Positions 47,551-58,899 of a stretch of DNA of 64,000 bases are shown here, one piece after another (position 1 is the first letter of the stretch; each line of letters opens with the position of its first letter). A program made the position numbers and the translations under genes. The notes beneath the pieces are model-generated. The model saw nothing but the letters and a program-made list of their open reading frames with translations, did not search any database and was not told where the DNA came from. Source of the DNA: Raja brachyura (taxonomy: Eukaryota); NCBI GenBank assembly GCA_963514005.1, contig OY740810.1, forward strand, positions 20,026,001-20,090,000, given 5' to 3'.

Positions 47551-50500
47551 TATACTACTCAAAGTTAAAGTGGGTCTGCTAGACTATGTAAAATCAGGAT
47601 ATGTATAATAAATTGAACTAATTTCAATGCAGAAATTGGATTGGTGGAGGCAAGGTTGCAGAGAGTTGGTACTGTACCAATCAGTTTGCAGTATTTCAAA
47701 TTGGCTTCATCAAGCTTGAGTACATTATGAATGGAGAAGAATTCTAATCTAATCCAGTGGGAAATAACTCCTTGGGATATTGGATAATATTCACTTGTGT
47801 TAATACAAGGAAGCTAACATTTCTCATGCTTCAACATTGTAAATAATAATTGCTACTTCATTTAAAGAAAGAGGTTGGAACTGTTTAAATCAGCTGCCAC
47901 CTGAGTGTGAAAATAACAAACATCTGTGGGCCAAGCAGGAAACGAGCTGTTATTTTAAGGAGAGGGGCTGTCCAGAACTGAAACAAGACGTTTAGATCTG
48001 CCTTTTATACCACTTTATCCAAATATCACAGTCTCTGTTCCACCCAGGACGTTGCTTTAAGTATCTATCAGGTACTTGACTACTTAAAGGGACATTACAT
48101 CCGGTGCTCTCTTTGAGCTATAACAGTCAGCACAAGAATTGCTTTAGATATTTTGCCATATTGGTTGCCTGATTAACTTCAACCCACTGACTTTTCAGTG
48201 AATTCTGGGGGGAGGAAATTTTAATTAGGGCTGATGGCATAGAGGGCTGAAAGTTAATTCATCCCCATTACATAGTCAATGCCTGGTTTACTTCCCACTG
48301 TATTCAAAGGAATTGAGAAGTGATAGGAAAGAACTGCAGATGCTGGTTTCAATCTGGAGAGAAGGAATGGGCGAAGGGTCTGGCCCCAAAACGTCACCCA
48401 TTCTTTCTCTCCAAAGATGCTGCCTGACCCACTGAGTTACTCTAGCATTTTGTGTCTACCTTCAAATTGGGAAATTAAGTGAGTTGTACAACGGGGCTTG
48501 AATTCAATCCACATATTTAATCCACACAAAGTTAAACTGCCCTTGTGAGTCCTTCCATTCTCATGACCTTCCTTCTATGATTATTTTTTGGCCAAATCTA
48601 CCCTCCGTCTAAAATCTGTGAATCAGCCTGGTCTGTGCATCAGCAACATCAGTCTCACTGATCTAGTGACCACTCCTCCCTTGGGTCACCGTACAGTGAG
48701 TGTGGACATGCAAGTTCAAGTGAAACCAATTGGCCCAGTGCTGCCCTCCTCTCACACCCACCACTCCGGAACACCGATGGTGAGCAGGTGGACAAATCCT
48801 AAGTGCGTTTGATCTGTAATCCTGGTCATCTCAAGGAAGATCTCATGGCATAAGACCGTGCACCTTCCTATTCAGCACACTCTCCCACCACAGTCAAAGC
48901 TATTTCACGCAGAGATAGTCAATTGCCCATGTCTGTATCTACATATAATGGTTATAAAGACACACAAGGAAACTGTCTCCCTTGGAATAAAGACAAAAGC
49001 TAAAATAAAGACAAAAGGCCACATCCCGTACCTCAAATTATAGCATTGGAACAGTGTATAATCTGCCTCAGGATAAGCAGCATAATGGGCACTTGAGAGC
49101 TGTGGAGCTGAAGGATAGGAGGGTGCCCATGAGACCACAAAAATAGCCAAGTCTAAACCTCAGGTTAATGTTATCTAACATATAACCAAAATTAAAAGGC
49201 AACTCAATTCATTGATGCACTCAAAATTGGAGCACTCAGCCTTGTTACCTGCTGGAGAGTGAAATGGCTCAAGCACAGGTCTACAGATTTGACATCCATG
49301 ACATATTCAGCAATCCCTTCACTTTTCATGGTTCTTCAAGCTCAACAACAGCAACCTGCATTAAGAAATACCATTACAAAATTGGAAAAACTGCAAGACC
49401 ATTTTCTGGATTTTGACGCAGAGATTAACAATCGCACCACGTGTTTGAAATCAAAGTAAATCATTTTGTGTTCAATGTGGGCAGGTTAATAAAGCCATGC
49501 CCTGGCCTTGTGGTATCCCAAGGGGTGAGTGCGTGAGCTGGAGAGGGTAAAAGTGAAGAGCTGCTGGCAGTAAGGGAAAAGTCATGTTGGAGTCAAAGCA
49601 CAAACCTGGGGTAACGTTATACCTGGAGTAAGATGGTTACAAGAAGCAAGAGGCAAACAAACTCTCAAAGAGAAAGGGGTCACAGGCAAAATGAAACTAT
49701 CCCCGTGCACAAAGGACTGAGACCTTACCAGATATAACAATGTTTAATCTTGCTGTTCTCTGCTCAAGGACAGATGAGGTAAATGTTATTTTGTCCCACA
49801 GAACTGGATGTGACTGAGGGAGAGATTTTGCACAATTTAATCAGAAACTGAATTACAAGACTCCTTACACTTGAGAACGATGTGAATGAATGATCGGTGA
49901 ACTTGAAGTATTGCAGAAATTTGGAAATATTTGAAGTCAATTTAATTTACACAAAAAGAAAAAATGTGGGGGAGAGAAAGAGAGAGAGAGGGAGAGCTAA
50001 AGGGTTGTTGACTTTAACTGTTCTGCGCTGGGAGGAAGTTGAGGTATTTGTTATGTCCCAAAGAGTTGGATGTGACTGAGATAAAGACCTTGTGCAATTT
50101 AATCATAAATTTAAGTTATAGAACCTTTTACATTTTAGGAGGCACTGTCATTGTGAAAATGCATTGTGTGAGGAAGAGAGCTCCCTCTTCCTCTAGTCTT
50201 TGGAATTAGTGTTAAAGATGTATTTTACTGGAGATCTTTAAAATATTTTATCCTTTATTTATTCCTTAAGAATCCCAATAAAGGAAAACTAAAGGAGGGA
50301 TTTGTTTTTTATTTCCCATTTTAAAAGGTTGTTTTTTCCTTCCCTCTCTTTTCTTTTTCTTCATTTATTATCTGAACATCTAAAAGTATATATCATTAAA
50401 TGTCCTTGAATCTGAATTACTCCTTTGGGAAATAACTTGGGACAGTTGGGTGAAATCTCAAATATTGACTTCCAATTGCAAATACTTTATCCTCGAAAGG

Positions 50501-53500
50501 CTAGTCTTGATATTTTTTATAATTTTTGCATTTCTAACCATATTCCAGTTTTTCAAATGTGTGTGTGTTCAACGACAAAGCATAAATATCTGGAACAAAC
50601 ACAACATTCAACATAGACTGAAGAATGGTCTCGACCTGAAATGTCACTGATTCCTTCTCTCCAGAGATGCTGCCTGCCCCTTTGAGTTACTTCAGCATTT
50701 TGTGTCAAATTCAGGGTTCAACTTTGAAAAAGTGATTTTCTTCAATGCCCATGTAAGGCATTCAGAATTTGTATTCCACAGATCAGTTTCAGCTACAAAG
50801 ACTTAAAAACTGCAGTTTCCAACAAATGGCTCATCATCATTGAATAGAGTTCTGAAAATAAAACGTTGGTTTTGATTTGGTTACAGGTTAAAGAGCTTTA
50901 GACTCTGGAATTCAATTATTTGGTCTGTGTTTTTAATCCCGAGTTTATGAAGATAGCAAGTTCCTAGGGGAAATTCATACTGAGCATCAGTGAGTTGGTC
51001 ACTTTAGAATGAGTGCCACTGTTGACAACAGCTTGCATCACTTTACGGATAATTGATTGGTATTTAGCCATATTAAATTTGTCCTTATTTTTGTGGATTG
51101 GTCATAACTTTGCATTTTTCTAGGGCAAAAGCTCAAGCTGCTTCATCTGAGCAGCCAAGATTAAAGAATGTTCCTCATGCAATGTGCTTTGAAAGGATGT
51201 TCATATTATTTAAGGGGATTGAAGAAGGGATGGTGTCCAACCATACAATTTAATCATCTTGGGGTTCTGAAGATGTAACAATTGGTGCACTTTGATATAT
51301 CATTGATTTATGAAGCAAGAGTGGAAGGGATAAAGTGGGTGGACTAGTGCTGCCAGGATGGACTCAAACTCGATGCTGATTATTTTGTCTGTGTAACAAA
51401 ATAAAACACGCTACCCTAGCATGTGTTTTATTTTCACAAGGATTCTTGGAATGCCTCAATGCCAATAACTACGTCAGCTCTTCCCCGAGTAATCAGTCAA
51501 TGGAAAGGAAAGGAAAATCATGTCACCAACTCACACTGAGAATGCCAATGCAGGTAACAATTGAAGATAGGCACAAAGTGCCGGAGTAACTCAGTGGGTC
51601 AGGCAACATCTCTGAAGAAAAAAGATGGGTGACGTTTCAGGTTGGGACCCTTCTTCAGTCTGAGGCCAATTGGCCTCCCTCTTTCCTGTGAAATGTGAAA
51701 ATATGGAATATTTAAAGTATGCAGGAATTCAGAACAAATCCTTTCACCTCTGTCTGATATTATGTATCAGTTTTATATCTGCCTTGATATAAGTGCAACA
51801 AATTACATAAGGTCAAATTATATTTTACCATCTACATCCTCCAGCTTCACTTTCTAAATTCTGTTTGAGATTCCTCCAAACTGCCCCAAACCATTAACTA
51901 AATTAATAATTAAGAATCAATTGTATTTGATCAGGATTTTCATTCTTTGAATTCAAGAAACACACATAGAGTACCAAGTTAACCTGAAAAGCAAAATGGA
52001 TTGTACAATTCAGGTTATTATTTCTTGCAAAACTATAGTCAGGATATCAAATCCATGCCTGAGTTCTCCTTCATTTGGGACCAATGTGAATAACTGTAAA
52101 ACATAAAAAACATTTAAATTCTACAATCTAATAAATCTTTATCACTCATGCCAAAATGGAGGAAGGGAGAATATGTGGGCAGAAGCTGAAAGAGTTCTCT
52201 CCTTAATGCAGTTCAGTCACATTGTGGCATTGCCTCCGAAAATGTAAGAGGTTCTGCAATTTACTTTCCCATTAAATTACACAGAATCTTTCCCTCAGTC
52301 TCATCCAATTCTTTGAGTCATAATAACAATACATTCAACTTCCTCCTTGTACAGAACAGCAGTCAACTGCATTTTAAGTTCCTCTCTCTCTCTCTCTTCC
52401 CCCCTCTCTCTCTCCCTCTTTCTTTCTCTGTTTGTCACTTGCTATGTCTCTCAATCCCTTGATCTTCCTCTATATGTGCAAAGCAAACTGATTTCAAAAA
52501 ATCCCATAACTCTGCAATGCTCTAATCTCACAGATCAATCACACACATCACTCTCAATGGTGAAGCGTGCAGGGAAACCTACAACACAATAATTCACATT
52601 TCAAAAGAGAATTTTGAATGGACAGGCTTTAAAAAGAAAAGAATGATAGAAGATACTGATCCTGCAAACTCTCACATTCAAACACTCCACATCAGCCAGA
52701 ATTCCAGTAGCCTCCAAGCATCCTCACTTTCTAATCTTCCAACCTGTTTCCTGGATCTGACTGATTGAAGACTCAATTAGGTCCTCGGTGCACTGGGGTC
52801 AACCCCTTGGGATGTGGAAATTGAATAAACCTTTGACTGTAGTGGGAGGGTGTACCTTCTGGGAGGTTGCACCGGCTTATTGGCAATATTCTTGGCAATG
52901 CAAGGTCATCTTTCTCTAGATGTCCTGCAACACACAGCAGAACTCAGCCAGTATTTCCTAACTCCTGCTCACCCTCAATGACCCCGATTGCTGGGTGTGA
53001 GAGGAGGGCAGCACAATCCCATTAGTTTCACTTGAACTTGTCTCTCCATACTCAATGTCCGGCTTCTCAGTATTGCAGAAATTTGGGAATATTTGACGTC
53101 AATTTAAATTACACAAAGGGAAGAAAATGTAGGAGAGAGAAAGCGAGAGAGAGTGAGAGCTAAAGGGTTGTTGATTTTAACTGTTCTGCACTGGGAGTAA
53201 GTTGAGGTATTTGTTATGTCCCAAAGTTGGATGTGACTGAGAGAAAGATCTTGTGCAATGTAATCATAAATATAAGTTGTAGAACCTCTTACATTTTAGG
53301 AGGCACTGTCACTGTGAAAATGCATAGTGTGAGGAAGAGAGCTCTCTCAGCTTCCACCCACTGATACCCTCGTCCTCTAGTCTTTGGAATGAGTGTTAAA
53401 GATTTATTTTACTGGAGATCTTTAAAATATTTTATCTTTGTTTATTCCTTAAGAATCCCAATAAAGGAAAACTAAAGGAGGGATTTGTTTTTTATTTCCC

Positions 53501-56330
53501 ATTTTAAAAGGTTGTTTTTTCCTTCCCTCTCTTTTCTTTTTCTTCATTTATTATCTGAACATCTAAAGTATATATTACTAAATGTCCTTTAATCTGAATT
53601 ACTCCTTTGGGAAATAACTTGGGACAGTTCGGTGAAATCTCAAATATTGACTTCCAATTGCAAATACTTTATCCTCGAAAGGTTAGTTTTGATATTTATT
53701 ATGCTTTTTGCATTTCTAACCATATTTCAGTTTTTTAAATGTGCGTAATTTTCACTAAAAGCATAAATGTATGGAACAAACACAACATTCAACATAGACT
53801 GAAGAATGGTCTCAACCTGAAATGTCACCCATTCCTTCTCTCCAGAGATGCTGCCTGTCCCGTTGAGTTACTCCAGCATTTTGCGCATATATTCAACGTT
53901 AAACTTTGAAAAAGTGATTTTCTTCAATGCCTATGTAAGGCATTCAGAATTTGCATTCCACAGATCAGTTTCAGCTGCAAAGACTTAAAAACTGCAGTTG
54001 CCAACAAATGACTCATCATCACTGAATAGAGTTCTGAAAATAAAACGTTGGTTTTTATTTGGTTACAGGTTAAAACAGCTTTAGATTCTGGAATTCAATT
54101 ATTTGGTCTGTGTTTTTAATCCCGAGTTTATGAAGATAGCAAGTTCCTGGGGGAATTCCAAACTGGGCATCAGTGAGTTGGTCACTTTAGAATGAGTGCC
54201 ACTGTTGACAACAGCTTGCATCACTTTACGGATGATTGATTGGTATTTAGCCATAATAAATTTGTCCTTATTTTTGTGGATTGGCCGTAACTTTGCATTT
54301 TTCTAGGGCAAAAGCTCAAGCTGCTTCATCTGAGCAGCCAAGATTAAAGAATGTTCCCCATACAATGTGGTTTGAAAGGATCTTCATATTATTTAAGGGG
54401 ATTGAAGAAGGGATGGTGTCCAACCATACAATTTGATGAACTTGGGGTTCTGAAGATGAAACAATTGGTGCACTTTGATGTATCATTGATTTATGTAGCA
54501 AGAGTGGAAGGGATAAAGTGGGTGGATTGGTTCTGCCAGGATGGACTCAAACTCGATGTCGGATTTTCTGTCTGTGTAACTAAATAAAACTTGCTACCCC
54601 AGTTCCTCTCTTTCTCTCTCTCACTTGCTCTCTCTACCCCCCCCCCCCCTCCCTCTTTCTTTCTCTGTATCTCACTTGCTATGTCTCTCAATCCCTTGTT
54701 CTTCCTCTCTTTGTGCAAAGCAAACTGTTTTTTAACAATCCCATAACTCTGCAATGCTCTAATCTCACAGACTAGTCGCACACATCACTCTCAATGGTGA
54801 AACGTGCAGGGAAACCTAAAACACAATAATTCACATTTCAAAAGAGAATTTTGAATGGACAGACTTTAAAAAGAAAAGAATGATAGAAGATACTTATCCT
54901 GCAAACTCTCACATTCAAACACCCCACATCAGCCAGAACTCCAGTAGTCTCCAAGCATCCTCACCTTCTAATTCCGAACTTCAAAGCCCCAGAAGCATCT
55001 TCCAACCTGTTTCCTGGATTGAAGACTCAATTAGGTCCTCGGTGCACTGGTAGAAGGTCAATCCCTTGGGATGTGGAAATTGAATACCTCTTTGACTGTA
55101 GTGGGAGGGTGTACCATCTGGGAAGGTGCACCGGCTTATTGGCAATGGTCTTGGCAATGCAAGGTCATCTTTCTCTAGATGTCCTGCAACACACAGCAGA
55201 ACTCAGAAAGTATTTCCTAACTCCTGCTCAACCTCAATGCCCCCGATTGCTGGTAGTGAGAGGAGGGCAGCACAATGCCATTGGTTTCACTTGGACTTGT
55301 CTCTCCACACTCAATGTCCAGCTTCTCAATGGAAGAGGGGCCAATGGGTCAGTGGGACTGACGCTGTTGATGCACAGATTTCAAAAACGAGAAGATCAAT
55401 TCATCAAAGGAAAATAATAAAATAACATGATGAGGTCACAAATATACATAGGATCAGTTGGATGGATGTAAAGTGGATGACATTGAATTGATGCTGCATT
55501 CTGCATCGAACTACACCAATTTCTCTGATTTCAGTGGAAAGGAAACCAAGCTTTTTAAATGTAATGGAGGTGAACTTGCTGTCATAATTTAAACCATCAA
55601 CATGAATTAACATTTCCTCCCAGAGAAGTCAGAGAAAAATCTATGGAGTGAAGTTATTCAGGAAAACAACATGCCAGAGTTTCTGAAGCAATTCTTGTTC
55701 TGACTGCCACAACTCGAGAACACCAGAGAATATATCCCTTTAACCAGTCAAGTGCTTGATTAATACTCATAGTAACATTTATGATAGAAGAGAAACTATG
55801 ATATTTGGATAATATGGTATAAAAGGCACAATCTAAACATCTTGCCTCAGTTCCGGGCAGCCCCGCTCCTTAAAATAACAGCTCGTTTCCTGCTTGGGCG
55901 GCAGATGTTTGTTATTTTCACACCCAGAGCGCAGCTGATTTCAACTGTACCAGACCTCTTTCTTTAAACGTCATGGACATTTTTATTTAAAAAGTTGGAG
56001 CATTGAAAAGAATGATTCTTCCACATTTACACTGCTCAATAATGCCGGAATATCCCATGGAGTTCTCTCCCACTAGATTAAGTCACAGACCTCCTTCATC
56101 ACAATATAAACCAGTGTGCTGAAGCTGATCTGAAATACTGTAAACTGATTGGTGTAGTACTAACTATCTGCAGCCTTGGCTCAATGAATACCATTTCTCC
56201 ATTAAAATTAACACATTTGACTTCAATATCCTGATTTTATTTGAATTAGATTTATCACACTGATCAATTTTACGCATGAGTAGAATATTTGACCAACAAG
56301 GCACTACTGTTCATTGATAGCATATTAAAA
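47540..56330. repeat. Ancient large inverted duplication (arms about 47540-50200 and 52190-56330)
   Basis: 47540-48900 pairs with 56330-55090; 49860-50190 pairs with 52570-52190. Confidence 0.85.
49907..55328 (+). repeat. Younger tandem duplication: unit 1 49907-53068, unit 2 53069-55328
   Basis: Near-identical text with junction CTTCTCA|GTATTGCAG; unit 2 lacks about 960 bp (51417-52376). Confidence 0.92.
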
Positions 56331-56519
56331 TTCAACTGACAATGGCATGAGTACATCAGCTCTATTTATAAGGTAGACACAACATGCTAGAGTAATTCAA
56401 CGGGTGAAGCAGCGTCTCTGGAGAGAGGCTTTGGGTTGAGACCCTTCTTCAGATAGCTCTATTTATAATATCAGTTCTATGGAGTGAAACAGAATGATCC
56501 ACAGCTGAAAAATGGAAAC

Positions 56520-56750
56520 AAATACACAAAGGTCCCGACACAAAATGTCACCTATCCATGTTCTCCAGAGATCCTGCTTGAACTGTTGAGTTACTCCAGC
56601 ACTGTGGGTTTTTTTGTAAACCAGCATCTGCAGTTCCGGCAGTCTGAAGAAGGGTCTCGACCCAAATCATCACCCATTCCTTCGCTCCACAGATGCTGCC
56701 TGTCTCGCTGAGTTACTCCAGCATTTGTGTCTATCTGCAGTTCCTTGTGT
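56520..56750. repeat. Short Penelope-terminus-like repeat family; other copies near 11490, 15497, 24647, 31945, 48328, 50615, 51570, 53795 and 56374
   Basis: Recurrent ACAAAATGCTGGAGTAACTCAGCGGG...GAGACCCTTCTTCAGAC unit of about 100 bp, also present at the end of the Penelope element (12160-12290). Confidence 0.75.
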
Positions 56751-57580
56751 ACACAGTAATGTTGTCCGAACAAGAACTGAGCGGTTCAGTCCCATTTTCC
56801 ATCGTCTCCATTTTAAATATTTTGCTGTGAGGATTCTGTTGTAAGGAGAATATTTCAGAAACTTTGTGTGGTTAACAGCTACCAACAATGCGACTTAACA
56901 TGCATCATTGTTCTTGGGGTTAAAGGATTCTAAACAAATTAGAGAGTCATAGGAGGGAAACATTGGATCTGACCAAGGAAAGTGTTTGCTGGAGCTACGA
57001 GCTGCCATTTAATCTCCATGACTGAACAGGTCAGAAGCACAGCAGGAAACTGGGAAATATCTGCTATTACAAATAACTACCTTACTAACCACTCCAAGTC
57101 AGGAGGTGCTCAACTGGAATAGAGCTGCTCGCATTGGTGTCACTGCCTCAGCATCAGAGTTCAACATTGGAGGGTAAGAATCACAGACTCGCAGAATGGT
57201 TACATCGTGGAAAAGTGCCATTCAGCTTGTTGACTCCATACCACCCCTATGTAAGGGAAGTCCAGCGTCCCAACCCCCAGTCCTCTCCCCACAGCCCTGG
57301 AGGTTCAGATACTGTACATGTCCAATTCCTTTCTGAACATTGCAATGATGCCCCACTGGTATTGCATTATATTGTGCTCTCTGTTGAGCTGCTGCAAGTA
57401 AAAAATTAATCATTCCATTTCGCGACATGTGACAATAAAAGTCCCTTCAATCTTCTTCTTCACAGTCACTCAGCACTCTCCATATAAATAAAATTTCCAT
57501 TCCCTTTTAATCCATTCTCCCTGATTCTTTGCCCTCTACTGATGTAACAGTCTCTTCCTTTCTACTCTGTCGATTCCTTA

Positions 57581-58899
57581 TCTATATTACTAAAAGTCTG
57601 ATCTTGACCACTTTTTGCTCACTGTGCTGTGATTTCCGAGAGAACGCCGCCACCTATGGCCGTCATTTTTGGCCATCTCGCTCAGAGCCCCGCTCCGCCT
57701 ACCTGGACCGGATTTTTCCCATCGATGAAAAATCAGAGAGATATTAATGTGCCCGTAATGTGGTTTGAAAATGAAAATCTGGTTGGTTTGAAGTAAAAAG
57801 GCACTGCCTGCAAATGGTTGTTTGGGGGGTTTGGGTTGAAGTAAAAAGGCACTGCCTGCAAATGGTTGTTTGGGAAGTTTGGGTTGAAGTGAAAAGGCAC
57901 TGCCTGCAAATGGTTGTTTGGCTAAACTTGACAACTTCCTGTTTGCACTATATTGATTTTAGATAAAACGCTACCACTTACGGCTGTGATTTTTAGCCAT
58001 CTTACTCAGTCCCCCTCCATTTATCAGGTGCAGAGGATCCTTCCCGTCAATGAAAAACAAAAGTGTTATTAGTGTTTAAATAATGTTGAGAATCTCTCTC
58101 CTGTCAATCATGCCAAGAAGGCCACACCTTTTCTGGTGGGTGGGGGAGGGATTATAAAACCCGGAAGTGTGGGTGTTGCTCAGTCTCTGCATGATGGGGG
58201 AGGGAGAGGTCATGACTCTGTCTGAGCTGTGAATCAACTGATCACTCTGAATGTCTACTGAACTGTGAGTGTGGTGTTTTGTGGTGGTTTCACCCTGCTT
58301 GAAATAGTATGAAACTGCATTTGAATGTGGTGGCCTTGCACCCTCCTTGAAATGGTATGAAATTGCACTTGAATTTGGTGGCCTTGCTCCCTGCTTGAAG
58401 TGGTATGAAACTGCACTGGAATTTGGTGACCTTGCACCCTGCTTGAAGTGGTTGGAAACTGCACTTCAATTTGGTGGCCTTGCACCCTGCTTGAAGTGGA
58501 AGGAAACTGAACCTGAATTTGGTGGCCTTGCACCCTGCTTGAAATGGTAGGAAAATGGATTTGAATTTGGTGGCCTTGCACTCTGCTTGAAATGGAATTT
58601 CAAGGAATAGCTGTGAGTCAACTGCCAGCCCACTAGCCGTGAGTGACCTGCCAACACATCAGGCTTGAGGGACTGAGCTGCCACCCCAAGAATCCATTTG
58701 GCCCACAATGTCCATACTAGCCCTCTGGAGACCAGTAGTCCCTGCAGCCAACGCACCCATACCAGCACTCCAGAAATCCCCCCACCTCCCCCCACCCCAC
58801 TGGCCACCAATATTGGAATTGGTGGAGAGGTGGAATATTGCGTTGGGGGTCTAACCCTCCCATGTGAGCATGGGATCCAACGGGTCCCACTTAGTCTAG
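57581..58899 (+). mobile_element. Non-autonomous Helitron carrying 48-bp and 42-bp minisatellites
   Basis: A|TC 5' end; subterminal hairpin GGGATCC-aac-GGGTCCC; CTAG|T 3' end; three 48-bp units (57783-57920) and about 7.5 42-bp units (58280-58597). Confidence 0.85.

Noticed and set aside
48588-48812. LCISNISLTD here, and minus-strand GFPARFT near 52575 and 54810, resembling V-domain FR3
   Set aside because: No Cys/Trp framework, YYC, RSS or conserved frame between the duplicated copies.
55019-55417. 132-aa ORF
   Set aside because: Its tandem paralog at about 52765-53068 carries stops, and no domain is recognisable.
58255-58810. Repetitive QGHQIQVQF ORF, or a CRISPR-like array
   Set aside because: Head-to-tail 42-bp minisatellite without unique spacers, in a eukaryotic Helitron.
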